Part shown: positions 29,331 through 39,157 of the stretch, in pieces | Position numbering within the stretch: position 1 is the first letter of the stretch | Layout: the number at the start of each line of letters is the position of its first letter | Origin: Candidatus Calescibacterium sp. | GTDB taxonomy: Bacteria > DRYD01 | Assembly (NCBI GenBank): GCA_025059235.1 | Contig: JANXCV010000001.1 | Coordinates: 207,204 to 271,203, forward strand | Direction of reading: 5' to 3' | Length of the DNA stretch: 64,000 bases | Made by a program: the position numbers and the translations under genes | Notes under the pieces: generated by a model | Database searches by the model: none | What the model was told of the DNA's origin: nothing | The model's input: only the letters and a program-made list of their open reading frames with translations

Positions 29331-31175
29331 TTAGTTTTTTGTATATACCATTATTTGAGGTGTTAAATCTTGGATAATTTCGTAGCAGTATTGATATCTT
29401 TTTTTTGGATCTTTTTCTATCATTTTTCTTATTATCTTCTCTATGTCTGGGGGTATATAGGATTCTGAGTGTATGTTTGTACTTATTGGGTTATTTAGCA
29501 TATGTGCTTTAAAGATTGCGTATATGTTATCTGAAGGTTCGAAGGGAAGACTACCTGTTATCATTTGATATACTATTACTCCGAGAGAGTATATATCTGA
29601 TCTGTTATCTACTTTGTTGTTTTTTATTTGTTCTGGTGACATATACCATGGAGTTCCCACGAAGTCTTGAGTGAGGTTTAGGGCTTTGTCTAGTTTTTTT
29701 GATATACCGAAGTCAGTGATTTTTGCTGTTCCATCATTTCTTATCATAATGTTTTCTGGTTTAAGGTCTCTATGAACTATTCCTTTATGGTGAGCATAAT
29801 CTAGTGCTTCTAGGAGTTGTATCCAGATTTTTAGTGCTTCGTTTAGGGATAGCTTTTTTTTCTCTTCCAGGATTTTACTTAGGTTTTTGCCTTCTACGTA
29901 TTCGAAAGCTAAGAACGGTTGGTCTCCCTCTATATCATAATCAAGCATCCTAATTATGTTTGGATGTGTAAGAATTTTATTGATTTCTATTTCGTTTAGT
30001 ATTCTTTCTTTGAACCATGTTTCTGAAAAGAGGTGCTTATGTAATAGTTTTAGTGCTACTATGGACTTATTTTTGATGTTTTGTGCTTTGTATACTACTG
30101 AGGTTGCTCCTGCTCCAAGTTTTTCCAGAAGAATGTAATTAGATACCCTTGGATTGGAAGAAGTGTCAAACGATAGCTTTTGAACTTTACCTTGATCGAT
30201 CCTTTTCAGATTTACTATCACTCTCTTATTCCTGTAACGATAGATCAAATACGATATTGCAATTAACAATAATAGTAGATATGGTAATAACTGCAAGTAT
30301 GGGTTAGGTAGTTTATTTTCTAGAATTACTATTCTTTTGTACTGTGGGAATCTATTCTTTATGATTCCTGGTGTGATTTTTAATCTTATGTTTTCATCTT
30401 TATATTCTTTATTCTTCTGAAAGCTGACACTGATTTCTGAAATCATTGTTTGTATTCTATTTATTTTGCTATCTATTTCTTCTTGTTTTAGATCACTTAT
30501 GTTATACTCTTGTTGACTGTTTAACTCTATAGGTATGATAATCGTGTTTTCATTTGTCTGAAAGTTTTTGTATTCAGTGTTGTTGAATAGAATCTTGAAG
30601 TTAAGGGATTTTATATCTTCTATTTTTTTAGATGCTGTGTTAAAAATAGGCAATACTACATCAAATTTAGAGGGAGGTATTTGAATACGCAAGTATGTGT
30701 CTTTATTTATTTGACTGGATATTCTTATTTTCTTGAGTTGAGGGTTTTCAGGATGAATATATATGTTAATACTGCCGGGTTCTATATTCTTAAATATAGC
30801 CCTTGAAGAATTCTTAACTATTTCTTTTAGACCGTTGTTTTGTATTTCTATGTATGATGGTATTTCTTGATTCTGTATATTTGTCACGTGTAATTCTAAG
30901 GTAATTTTTTTGTTTTTTAGTTTTTGTTCTTGAGGTGGGGTGTTATGCGGATAGGTTATATAATTCTCTACACGGTAGGAGCTATTTTTATTTTGTTGAT
31001 TATTATTTCGTTGATTATTATTAGCTTTTTTTTGTTTATTTTGTACGTTTACTTTATAGGTAGGTTTTGAGGATTCTATTGTCTGAGGTTCTTCTGTTTC
31101 TATAAGTAAACTTTTATTGGCGTTTACTATAGATATTAGCAGGATTAATATGGTTATAAAGAATGTTTTTTTCAT
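29331..31175 (-). CDS. Membrane Ser/Thr protein kinase with N-terminal extracytoplasmic domain and C-terminal Hanks-type kinase domain
   Basis: Signal peptide MKKTFFITILILLISIVNA. About 290 aa ectodomain. TM segment LQLLPYLLLLLIAISYLIY. Then LGAGATSVVYKA, VALKLL, HRDLKPENIM, DFGISK and GTPWYMSPE. Confidence 0.85.
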   Translation of the reverse strand: MKKTFFITILILLISIVNANKSLLIETEEPQTIESSKPTYKVNVQNKQKKANNNQRNNNQQNKNSSYRVENYITYPHNTPPQEQKLKNKKITLELHVTNIQNQEIPSYIEIQNNGLKEIVKNSSRAIFKNIEPGSINIYIHPENPQLKKIRISSQINKDTYLRIQIPPSKFDVVLPIFNTASKKIEDIKSLNFKILFNNTEYKNFQTNENTIIIPIELNSQQEYNISDLKQEEIDSKINRIQTMISEISVSFQKNKEYKDENIRLKITPGIIKNRFPQYKRIVILENKLPNPYLQLLPYLLLLLIAISYLIYRYRNKRVIVNLKRIDQGKVQKLSFDTSSNPRVSNYILLEKLGAGATSVVYKAQNIKNKSIVALKLLHKHLFSETWFKERILNEIEINKILTHPNIIRMLDYDIEGDQPFLAFEYVEGKNLSKILEEKKKLSLNEALKIWIQLLEALDYAHHKGIVHRDLKPENIMIRNDGTAKITDFGISKKLDKALNLTQDFVGTPWYMSPEQIKNNKVDNRSDIYSLGVIVYQMITGSLPFEPSDNIYAIFKAHMLNNPISTNIHSESYIPPDIEKIIRKMIEKDPKKRYQYCYEIIQDLTPQIMVYTKN

Positions 31176-32071
31176 CTTGTATATAATTCTGAGAGGAGGG
31201 AGTATATGTCTGCTACTTTTTCGATGATTTGGTTTATTGTTTCTTGATCTGCTCCGTTTTTTATTGCTTCGAATAGTTCTCTTTCGACGTCTTTTAGGAG
31301 TTTTCTTGCTCTTGATATGTTTTCGTAGTATGATTTTTTTTCTGATATTCCTAGGCTAGTGAGTTCTTTTTTCATTTCTTCTCGGATATCGGTGTAGGAT
31401 TTGTTTCTTTTTCTTCTCAGTCTGTTTACTGCTGCTGCCATCATACCTGCTGTGATCATGCAGTGTTGGTTTTCTTCTGCTTCTCCTTTTGGTAATCTGG
31501 GGTCGTTTCTAGTATCTGTATATTCTTCTACCATTTTTTTTGCGTCTTTTACTAGTTTTACTAGTTGAAGTTTTACGTATATTTCTGCGTTATTGGGTTG
31601 TAGTTGGAGTTGGAGATTAAGAAGTCTTTCTAGGTTTTGTATTGTTCTGGCGTCAGAGTTCAGCCATGTATTTACGAATCTTTGTGTAGAGTTTTCGTTG
31701 ATATTCGAATTTTGTATTAGATTGAAGTTAGATGAGGGGTTTAGGATTCCGTTTACCCAGTTTCTTAGGACCCCTTTTAGGGTTTGCAGTTCCTGTTTGT
31801 AAAGATAGGTCTGTTGTTGATTTGATTGTACTTGTTTTTGGGGATTTCTTAGAAGATTTATTCTTGATATTTGTGATTGCTGGATTTGGTCCTTGGTTTG
31901 TTGTTCTTTCGTTTGTTCTTCTTTGGTTTTTTGATCTCTTTTTATTTCTTGTTGTATTGTTTTTGTGTCTTTGGTTTGGTTAGGTTGTGATAGATTTCTC
32001 TGTGTTTCCTGGGCTTTACCTGTAAAAGAAGCTTGTGTATTTTTTATCCTGTTTATATTTGTATTGTCCAT
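31172..32071 (-). CDS. Hypothetical Q/K/T-rich protein, translationally coupled to the kinase gene
   Basis: 299-aa ORF whose stop overlaps the kinase start by 4 nt. Low-complexity Q-rich N-terminal third and helical C-terminal part. No recognisable motif. Confidence 0.55.
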   Translation of the reverse strand: MDNTNINRIKNTQASFTGKAQETQRNLSQPNQTKDTKTIQQEIKRDQKTKEEQTKEQQTKDQIQQSQISRINLLRNPQKQVQSNQQQTYLYKQELQTLKGVLRNWVNGILNPSSNFNLIQNSNINENSTQRFVNTWLNSDARTIQNLERLLNLQLQLQPNNAEIYVKLQLVKLVKDAKKMVEEYTDTRNDPRLPKGEAEENQHCMITAGMMAAAVNRLRRKRNKSYTDIREEMKKELTSLGISEKKSYYENISRARKLLKDVERELFEAIKNGADQETINQIIEKVADIYSLLSELYTR

Positions 32072-32234
32072 ATCCCTATATCCTCACTCAGTTAGTTTAG
32101 TTCGTTTTATAAAAATAAGATTAAATATATGTGAAAAAAATGTTACAATTTATCCAATATAATATTTTGTGATGGAATGTAAGGATTCCTTATTGGAGGG
32201 AAAGTTTATTGGTTTAGAGAATATATAGAATTGA

Positions 32235-32306
32235 GCGGTAGTAGCTCAGTGGTAGAGCTCCTGCCTTCCAAGCAGGAGGTCGCGGGTTCGAGTCCCGTCT
32301 ACCGCT
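32235..32306 (+). tRNA. tRNA-Gly (anticodon UCC)
   Basis: Acceptor GCGGTAG/CTACCGC. D arm GCTC-AGTGGTA-GAGC. Anticodon stem CCTGC/GCAGG with loop CTTCCAA. T arm GCGGG-TTCGAGT-CCCGT. Discriminator T. CCA is not encoded. Confidence 0.9.
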
Positions 32307-32315
32307 CTCCATACA

Positions 32316-33902
32316 ATGATCAACCTACTCCTGAAATCCAACAAACCAACTGTTCTCTATACAGAAAGCCCAAAATTAGCAGCCATTATAACCCAAGATA
32401 TAATACAACAACAAAACTATAGATATTCTTCAGAAATAGATGAAAAAACGATTATAAATTGTTTTAACTATAAAGAGGCAAAGAAAATTGCTACTAAAAT
32501 TAAAGAAGACACCATAATAGTTTGTACGTTTGACCTATCTGTCTGGGATGAACTAAATCCAAATTTACAAAAGATTAACCTTGATAATCTAAGTGATGAG
32601 GATAAAATAGTTTTAATGTCTAACCTAGTCTTTTCTAGTAAAAGATTACGTAAAGCTTTTTCTTCATCTTTCTGGATAAACCTTCTTAGAATATTATCAA
32701 ACAGCTTCTTCGAATTACATTTTCTTGATAAGGTTATTAGTTTGTATTTCAACGACACCAAAGAGAAGATAAGCATAGGGAGAAGTTTTTTTAATGCTTT
32801 GATCGATTACTTTGAGGATAACTATTCTATGGATAATATCCTGGATATTTATCCACCTTCGGAAGATACCGGTAGATTTCTATATTTTCTGACTAGCTCG
32901 GATTCACATAACAACCCATACAAAATATTCCAAGAAGTAGATATGCTAGAGAGATTACACTACAAATATAAGCTACTTGCAGAGTTCTCAACAAAACAAA
33001 TAGAAAATCTAGTGATCTCAAAAGAGCTACCAATGATACAAAAAATCATTGGTGTTTTCAATCAATATCTAGGTAATCTTGTATATATAACTTCTCTGAG
33101 AAGTTTCCCTGATTTTAACGATCAATCTATAATATACAATCTTAGTCTTAGCGATCATAGATCTCTATACCCCTTCTCATTAGTCTTTCTTCTTCTGGAT
33201 AAAAAAGTTCTAGTTCTCAGGATAAACGATTATTACTTTTTGTTTGAAATCAAGTCATATAAGTATGGTAACATTGAAAATATTAAAGCAGTTTTTAGAA
33301 GATTTGGAATAGATTTTTCATATTTGGACATAATCTACTATTCATCTTCTGAAATCTACTCGGAGTTTATAAAATTGGTAATAGAATTGCTTAATACTAA
33401 TCCATCTTTAGCTTATAATGTGATTGGTATGCCTTTGTTGGCTTTGGACTATGAGTACTACAACAATGTAGGATTTGTTTGTATGGTTGTAGATAGATTG
33501 GATTTAGCTGAAAAGAATTTCAAACAATACCTTAGCTCTGTTCCCAATGATTTCCTTGTTAACTACAATTTAGCCACTACATACTGGTTAACTAAAAGAT
33601 ATACAGAAGCTTTACAGATAATCAGTAGGTTATTAAATTTGTTCAATACTAGCAGGATTTTTAGTGTTATCATTCCAATATATCCTTTTCGCAAAAAGAC
33701 AATATTATATGATATAGAATCTATAAACCTTTTGAAGATAAGTTATGCAAATCTTTTGTTTTTAAATGGAAAAAGGGAAGAAGCGTTGAATATTTTAAAG
33801 AAACTTTTACAAGATGGTATCACTATTAACATCAGTCTAAAAACTTATCTTGAAGAATCTCTGAGGTATATAAATGAGAATAGTAATCCAGAGGGTAATT
33901 AA
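32316..33902 (+). CDS. Hypothetical protein with TPR-like C-terminal region
   Basis: 528-aa ORF. The C-terminal NYNLATTYWLTKRYTEALQII...ANLLFLNGKREEALNILKKLL segment resembles TPR units. The start is uncertain because the first ~35 codons lie in the G-poor tRNA trailer. Confidence 0.55.
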   Translation: MINLLLKSNKPTVLYTESPKLAAIITQDIIQQQNYRYSSEIDEKTIINCFNYKEAKKIATKIKEDTIIVCTFDLSVWDELNPNLQKINLDNLSDEDKIVLMSNLVFSSKRLRKAFSSSFWINLLRILSNSFFELHFLDKVISLYFNDTKEKISIGRSFFNALIDYFEDNYSMDNILDIYPPSEDTGRFLYFLTSSDSHNNPYKIFQEVDMLERLHYKYKLLAEFSTKQIENLVISKELPMIQKIIGVFNQYLGNLVYITSLRSFPDFNDQSIIYNLSLSDHRSLYPFSLVFLLLDKKVLVLRINDYYFLFEIKSYKYGNIENIKAVFRRFGIDFSYLDIIYYSSSEIYSEFIKLVIELLNTNPSLAYNVIGMPLLALDYEYYNNVGFVCMVVDRLDLAEKNFKQYLSSVPNDFLVNYNLATTYWLTKRYTEALQIISRLLNLFNTSRIFSVIIPIYPFRKKTILYDIESINLLKISYANLLFLNGKREEALNILKKLLQDGITINISLKTYLEESLRYINENSNPEGN

Positions 33903-34335
33903 CTCTTTTGTGAAAGTTGACGGCAAGTTAATTAGTTCTATAAATAGAGGTCTAAATTTACTGGTCGGTTTCTCTAAATCTGATTATCCTTCTATTTCAT
34001 CTGATTTTAGCAAAATAATCGATAAGATTTTGAATCTTAGAATATTCGAAGATGACAAGGGGAAGATGAATTTATCCCTTATTGACGTGGATGGAGAAGT
34101 TTTACTAGTTTCTCAATTCACTTTATATGGAAACATTTTCAGTGGTAGGAGACCCTCTTTCGATAAAGCTTTGGAATATGATAGAGCTAAGGAGCTATTT
34201 CTTAAGCTGCAGGAGGAGTTCAGTAAAAGATGGAATAAAGTAAAAGTGGGAGAATTTGGGGCTCATATGGAAGTCGGAATTTTCAATGACGGTCCTGTTA
34301 CCTTCATACTCGATTGGGAGGTGAAAAACCCATGA
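33874..34335 (+). CDS. dtd: D-aminoacyl-tRNA deacylase
   Basis: MRIVIQRV...GLNLLVG, VSQFTLYG, GRRPSF, FGAHMEVGIFNDGPVTFIL. Confidence 0.9.
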   Translation: MRIVIQRVINSFVKVDGKLISSINRGLNLLVGFSKSDYPSISSDFSKIIDKILNLRIFEDDKGKMNLSLIDVDGEVLLVSQFTLYGNIFSGRRPSFDKALEYDRAKELFLKLQEEFSKRWNKVKVGEFGAHMEVGIFNDGPVTFILDWEVKNP

Positions 34336-34922
34336 AGGATATAAAAATATCAAATTCTGCTCTTATTGTGGTGGATATGCAAAATGATTTTTTACCTGGT
34401 GGAAGTCTTGCAATACCTAACGCTGACACGATAATACCTGTGATCAACGAATACATCAGATTCTTTGAGACCCAAGGATTACCAGTTGTGTACACTCGTG
34501 ATTGGCATCCCGAAGATCACTTATCGTTTAAAGAAAATGGTGGGCAATGGCCCAGGCACTGTGTGCAAAATACTCCCGGCTCAGAATTCCACCACAATCT
34601 ATATTTCCCTAAAAACTATATCATAATCTCTAAAGCCTATGAACCCCAACTAGAAGCTTACTCAGGGTTTCAAAGCACTGACCTGGATCAAAAGCTGAAA
34701 GATATGAATATAGAAAACCTATTTGTTTGCGGTGTTGCAACTGACTATTGTGTCTTTCATACTGTCATGGATGCAATTAGATTGGGTTACAAGGTATATT
34801 TACTTGTCGATGCTATCAGAGGAGTGGATCTGAATCCAAATGACAGTGAAGAAGCAATAAAAAAAATGATCAATGCTGGTGTCGAACTAATAGTCTTTGA
34901 GGAATTATTCCAGGCAGTATGA
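34332..34922 (+). CDS. pncA: Nicotinamidase/pyrazinamidase (isochorismatase family)
   Basis: ALIVVDMQNDFLPGGSLA, the catalytic Cys context VCGVATDYCV, and a metal-site-like DWHPEDH. I prefer ATG 34332 (ATGA overlap with the dtd stop, GGAGG upstream) over the track's TTG 34314. Confidence 0.8.
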   Translation: MKDIKISNSALIVVDMQNDFLPGGSLAIPNADTIIPVINEYIRFFETQGLPVVYTRDWHPEDHLSFKENGGQWPRHCVQNTPGSEFHHNLYFPKNYIIISKAYEPQLEAYSGFQSTDLDQKLKDMNIENLFVCGVATDYCVFHTVMDAIRLGYKVYLLVDAIRGVDLNPNDSEEAIKKMINAGVELIVFEELFQAV

Positions 34923-36328
34923 GAATTTACAATACTTTGACGGAGAGGATTGAAAATTTTGAGCCTATTAATCCCCCAGTCGTCGGTATATATGCCTGTG
35001 GACCTACAGTCTATGACTACCCACACATAGGTAACCTAAGAACTTTTTGTTGTGTCGATTTTCTAAGAAGAACTCTGGAGTACTTTTCTTACAATGTAAA
35101 ATTAGTTATTAATATAACAGATATAGATGACAAGATAATAAAGGCTGTAAACGAGACTAATACTTCCCTCAGGGAATACACGTCCAAATATGAAAAGTAT
35201 TTTTTTGAAAGCATAGATAAATTAAATATTAAGCCTGCTAGTTTCTATCCCCGAGCTACAGAGCATATAAATCAAATGGTCGAGATTATTAAACTACTTT
35301 TGGAAAAGGGTATAGCCTATAAAGCCGAAGATAATAGCATATATTTTTCGGTATCCAAGTTTGAGGAATACGGTAAACTAAGCAAGATAGATAGGTCTAA
35401 TTTGAGGAAGGGAGTTAGAGTAGATATCGATCAGTATGATAAGGAGAATCCTGCCGATTTTGCTCTATGGAAAGCTTATAGTAAAGAAGATGGACAAATT
35501 TTTTGGGATTTGGATATAGGAAAAGGTAGACCTGGGTGGCACATAGAATGTAGTGCTATGAATCGACATTACCTGGGTCAACCATTTGATATCCATGCCG
35601 GTGGAGTAGACTTAATATTTCCCCATCATGAAAACGAGATAGCTCAATCTGAAGCTGCATACGGTAAAAAACTTGCAAATTATTGGTTCCACGTCAATCA
35701 CCTGATTGTTGATGGTCAAAAGATGAGTAAATCTCTTAACAATATACTGACTATAAAAGATATACCAAACCCCATGGCTCTAAGGTTACTGTATCTTCAG
35801 ACACACTACAGGAACAAGTTGAATTTCACTTTTGATAGTTTAAAATCGGCTGAAAATGCTCTAAATTCCCTGGATTCTTTCGTCAGGACTTTGATTGATA
35901 TAAAGACATACTATGAATTTGACGATAACAAAAGTGATACGAACGAGTATATTAGGTCGATAGGTCAGAAGTATAAATATAGTTTTGAGGAAGCTCTTAA
36001 GGATGACCTCAATACTCCCCGAGCAGTCTCCTACCTCTTCGAGCTTTCCAACGAGTTTTTCTCTTTTCTTTCGAAGAACCCAAAAGAGGTTAGATATTCC
36101 GAAGCTGTATACCTGATCGATATTATATCTGAGTTTGATAAGGTCTTGGGATTAAAGTTGCTCGATATCCCAACAATTCCAACCGAAGTACAAGAATTAC
36201 TTATCGCAAGGAAAAAGGCAAAAGCTGAAAAGGACTATATCCAAGCCGACAACATAAGAAACAAAATACGAGAGATGGGATATATTGTCGAAGATACTCC
36301 TTGGGGAACAAGATGTAGAAAAGCATGA
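34919..36328 (+). CDS. cysS: Cysteine--tRNA ligase
   Basis: YACGPTVYDYPHIGN (HIGH), GRPGWHIECSAM, GGVDLIFPHHENE, KMSKS. Confidence 0.95.
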   Translation: MRIYNTLTERIENFEPINPPVVGIYACGPTVYDYPHIGNLRTFCCVDFLRRTLEYFSYNVKLVINITDIDDKIIKAVNETNTSLREYTSKYEKYFFESIDKLNIKPASFYPRATEHINQMVEIIKLLLEKGIAYKAEDNSIYFSVSKFEEYGKLSKIDRSNLRKGVRVDIDQYDKENPADFALWKAYSKEDGQIFWDLDIGKGRPGWHIECSAMNRHYLGQPFDIHAGGVDLIFPHHENEIAQSEAAYGKKLANYWFHVNHLIVDGQKMSKSLNNILTIKDIPNPMALRLLYLQTHYRNKLNFTFDSLKSAENALNSLDSFVRTLIDIKTYYEFDDNKSDTNEYIRSIGQKYKYSFEEALKDDLNTPRAVSYLFELSNEFFSFLSKNPKEVRYSEAVYLIDIISEFDKVLGLKLLDIPTIPTEVQELLIARKKAKAEKDYIQADNIRNKIREMGYIVEDTPWGTRCRKA

Positions 36329-37023
36329 ACCTCTCTCACCTAAATCCCAAAACTATACTCTTCTCTTACCAGCAGGCAAAAGAATATATAGATAGTATTA
36401 TCCAGAATAATGGGAAGGAAGTCGTCATTACCCTGAATACCGAAATGTTTGTCGATTCTATGGAAGACTTCGAATTTAGAGATATAATTAATAACTCTGC
36501 TGTTGTGTTAGAATCGAACGGGATATGCTACCTATTTTCTAAAAAAAATGGTATTAAGGTCAATCCATTAAATGGAATAGATTTGGCTGAAAAACTTATT
36601 GCTGAAGGTTATAAAGTGTTTATCTTAGGATCAAAACAGGAAAACGTTGAAGCAGCAGTAAAAAATCTTAAGCAAAGATACATAAAAGCGAATATAGTTG
36701 GATATCACAATGGATATTTTGATCAAAGTGAGCAGGTGATAGATTATATAAACAAAGTTGAGCCACAGGTGTTACTAGTTGGAATGGGAAGCCCAAAACA
36801 GGAAAAATGGATATACAGAAATTTAGATGAATTACGATTTAATATTGGCATTGGTATTGGAGGTAGTATTGATGTTTGGTCGGGGTTTGTTAAAAGAGCA
36901 CCTGACATTTTTAGGAGATCGAATTTAGAGTGGGCTTACAGAATATTTACTGATTTTAAAAGGTTACCTAGACTTAAAAAACTGCTGAAATTTGCCATGA
37001 TGACTGCTACTGGGAGGATATGA
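36325..37023 (+). CDS. WecG/TagA/CpsF-family (GT26) glycosyltransferase
   Basis: LLVGMGSPKQEKWI, GIGIGGSIDVWSG, EWAYR. Confidence 0.8.
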   Translation: MNLSHLNPKTILFSYQQAKEYIDSIIQNNGKEVVITLNTEMFVDSMEDFEFRDIINNSAVVLESNGICYLFSKKNGIKVNPLNGIDLAEKLIAEGYKVFILGSKQENVEAAVKNLKQRYIKANIVGYHNGYFDQSEQVIDYINKVEPQVLLVGMGSPKQEKWIYRNLDELRFNIGIGIGGSIDVWSGFVKRAPDIFRRSNLEWAYRIFTDFKRLPRLKKLLKFAMMTATGRI

Positions 37024-38558
37024 TGGTGAGGGTAAGAAAGGATTCCGTTGGTATACTGGGATTATCACGTAGTGGTCTGGGATGTGCAAAGCTATACAGT
37101 CACCTGGGATTCAAAGTAAGAGGATTTGACGATAATTATAATCTCACTATTCCTCAGGAATATAGCCAGTATTTCTATGAGGTTTATCTAGGAAAACAAC
37201 CACAGTACGTTATCAACGAGATAAAGAATTATAAATTCTTGGTTGTTAGTCCTGGGGTTCCTTTTGACCATCATATTATTCAGTTTGCTAAGTCTGTCAA
37301 GGTTCCTGTCATTTCTGAGGTAGAAGCGGCTTATAAAGCTATTCCTCAAAAAAAGATGCTTATAGGAATAACGGGAACCAACGGTAAAAGTACAGTTTCT
37401 GCATTGACTTACCAATTGATAAAAGCTCATGATGATAATAACATATACCTTGGTGGAAATATAGGCTATCCTTTCTCAGAGATAGCTTATCAATGTATAG
37501 GAATAGATGATCCAACGATTATCCTCGAACTTAGCTCTTTTCAACTAAAAATGACAAACTATCTGAGAACCCAAATAGCTCTTATCACAAATATAACTTC
37601 TGATCACCTAGATAGGCATATCACTCTTCAAGACTACGTATCTTCAAAGTTGAAATTGTTTTATTTTCAATTGAAGAAAGACTACTGCATTATAAACATT
37701 AACGATGAGAATACGAATAAACATATTGATCGTAGTGTCCTAAAGTCTGCCATAAACTATTTCAGTAGGAATTATATCGATCTTTCTACGATTAGAAATG
37801 GTCTTTTCAAGGCTTTCTATAGAGATGGTGTGATTTTTATTAGAAATCTAAAGAAGCAAAGAGATGTTTTTCAATTAGATCTTTCAGAGGTTAACAATCC
37901 TATTTTCAAACAGGAAGGGATATATTTGGATAATCTCATACCCTCTTTGTTAGCTTCTTTCATTTATCTAAAGGTTATAAAAAAGAGTGACATGGTGGAT
38001 AGGAAAGTAGTTGAGGTTTTGGATAATTTTGCTCCTTTGGAGTACCGATTGAAGCCTGTTACCAGTTGGGCAAATATAGAATTTTTCAACGATAGTAAGG
38101 CTACAAATTTAGCTGCTACTAAGTCTAGTATCGAAACAGTTAAGAATTATTTTATTAAAAATGAGGTCAGGAGATATGGTATAATACTTTTGATAGGTGG
38201 GGTTCCTAAGTATCCATCCAAAGAAGAACTGTGGAAGGAAATTGAACAATTATCTTATTCAATCAAGGATGACATAGTAGGGGTAATCAGTTTTGGCAAA
38301 TACGCAGACATATTTATTAGCCCATTTATCAAACAATCTTGTAAGTATATGTATGCTTTTAATAATTTGGAGTCAGCTTTTTATAAGGCTATTAGTTTAG
38401 CTTGTTTAGAGAGGGAGAATTTTGATAGGATAGCTATACTTTTAGCTCCTGGGGGAGCTAGTTTTGATGAATTCAAGTCAGCCGAAGAAAGGGGAAAATG
38501 GTTTGAAAAATTGGTTGAATCTTTCTTGAAACAGGGTATAGTTCCGCTAGGTGGGTAA
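37020..38558 (+). CDS. murD: UDP-N-acetylmuramoylalanine--D-glutamate ligase
   Basis: GITGTNGKSTV, GGNIGYP, ITNITSDHLDRH, NDSKATN. At 512 aa it is somewhat longer than usual. Confidence 0.85.
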   Translation: MMVRVRKDSVGILGLSRSGLGCAKLYSHLGFKVRGFDDNYNLTIPQEYSQYFYEVYLGKQPQYVINEIKNYKFLVVSPGVPFDHHIIQFAKSVKVPVISEVEAAYKAIPQKKMLIGITGTNGKSTVSALTYQLIKAHDDNNIYLGGNIGYPFSEIAYQCIGIDDPTIILELSSFQLKMTNYLRTQIALITNITSDHLDRHITLQDYVSSKLKLFYFQLKKDYCIININDENTNKHIDRSVLKSAINYFSRNYIDLSTIRNGLFKAFYRDGVIFIRNLKKQRDVFQLDLSEVNNPIFKQEGIYLDNLIPSLLASFIYLKVIKKSDMVDRKVVEVLDNFAPLEYRLKPVTSWANIEFFNDSKATNLAATKSSIETVKNYFIKNEVRRYGIILLIGGVPKYPSKEELWKEIEQLSYSIKDDIVGVISFGKYADIFISPFIKQSCKYMYAFNNLESAFYKAISLACLERENFDRIAILLAPGGASFDEFKSAEERGKWFEKLVESFLKQGIVPLGG

Positions 38559-38590
38559 TAGCGGTATATAAGTCCCACGAGGGAAGCAAA

Positions 38591-39154
38591 ATGTATAACA
38601 AGATATTATTGATTGGTAGGGTGGTTAACGATCCTACGCTAAAATATAGTCAGCAAGGGAAAGCAGTTGCTAGCTTTTCTCTTGCCGTCGAAAGATCTCA
38701 AGAAGAAACAGATTTTTTTGATATCATAGCTTTTGACAAGCAGGCCGAAATAGCTTCAAAATATTTGACAAAGGGAAGATTGATAATGGTAGAGGGTAGG
38801 CTTCAAACCAGAAATTTCGAAGCTCAGGACGGAACAAAAAGGAAAATATATGAAATAATTGTCGATACCTTTAGAATGCTTGACAAAAAACCAGAGACAG
38901 ACAAAAGAACAGATTACGATAAAAAATCCGAAGTAGAAAAAAAATATGATGAAAGAAAGTATGATAAGTACGAAAAAGAAAAGTATGAGAGAAAACCATA
39001 TAAAACTTTTGACGAAGATTATGAAGAAGATGAAATAATTCAGGAAAGGACGAAGTTTGGTAGTATAAAATCTAAACATGATCATGGATCTTACAGATCT
39101 AGAAAGAGTGCAGAAGAAGATGAATTCGATGATTTCTTTTTTGACGAAAATTAA
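38591..39154 (+). CDS. ssb: Single-stranded DNA-binding protein
   Basis: OB fold: MYNKILLIGRVVNDPTLKYSQQGKAVASFSLAV...DFFDIIAFDKQAE...YLTKGRLIMVEGRLQTRNFE. Acidic/aromatic tip EEDEFDDFFFDEN. The linker is K/E/Y/D-rich rather than G/P/Q-rich. Confidence 0.9.
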   Translation: MYNKILLIGRVVNDPTLKYSQQGKAVASFSLAVERSQEETDFFDIIAFDKQAEIASKYLTKGRLIMVEGRLQTRNFEAQDGTKRKIYEIIVDTFRMLDKKPETDKRTDYDKKSEVEKKYDERKYDKYEKEKYERKPYKTFDEDYEEDEIIQERTKFGSIKSKHDHGSYRSRKSAEEDEFDDFFFDEN

Positions 39155-39157
39155 TTA

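Noticed and set aside
32231-32422. 63-aa ORF starting at 32231.
   Set aside because: It is a translation of tRNA-Gly (32235-32306) plus its trailer.
38900-39154. Unusual K/E/Y/D-rich linker of SSB (KYDERKYDKYEKEKYERKPYK) as a distinct functional domain.
   Set aside because: SSB linkers are intrinsically disordered and follow genome composition. The acidic/aromatic tip is retained. This is noted in the feature evidence but is not a separate finding.
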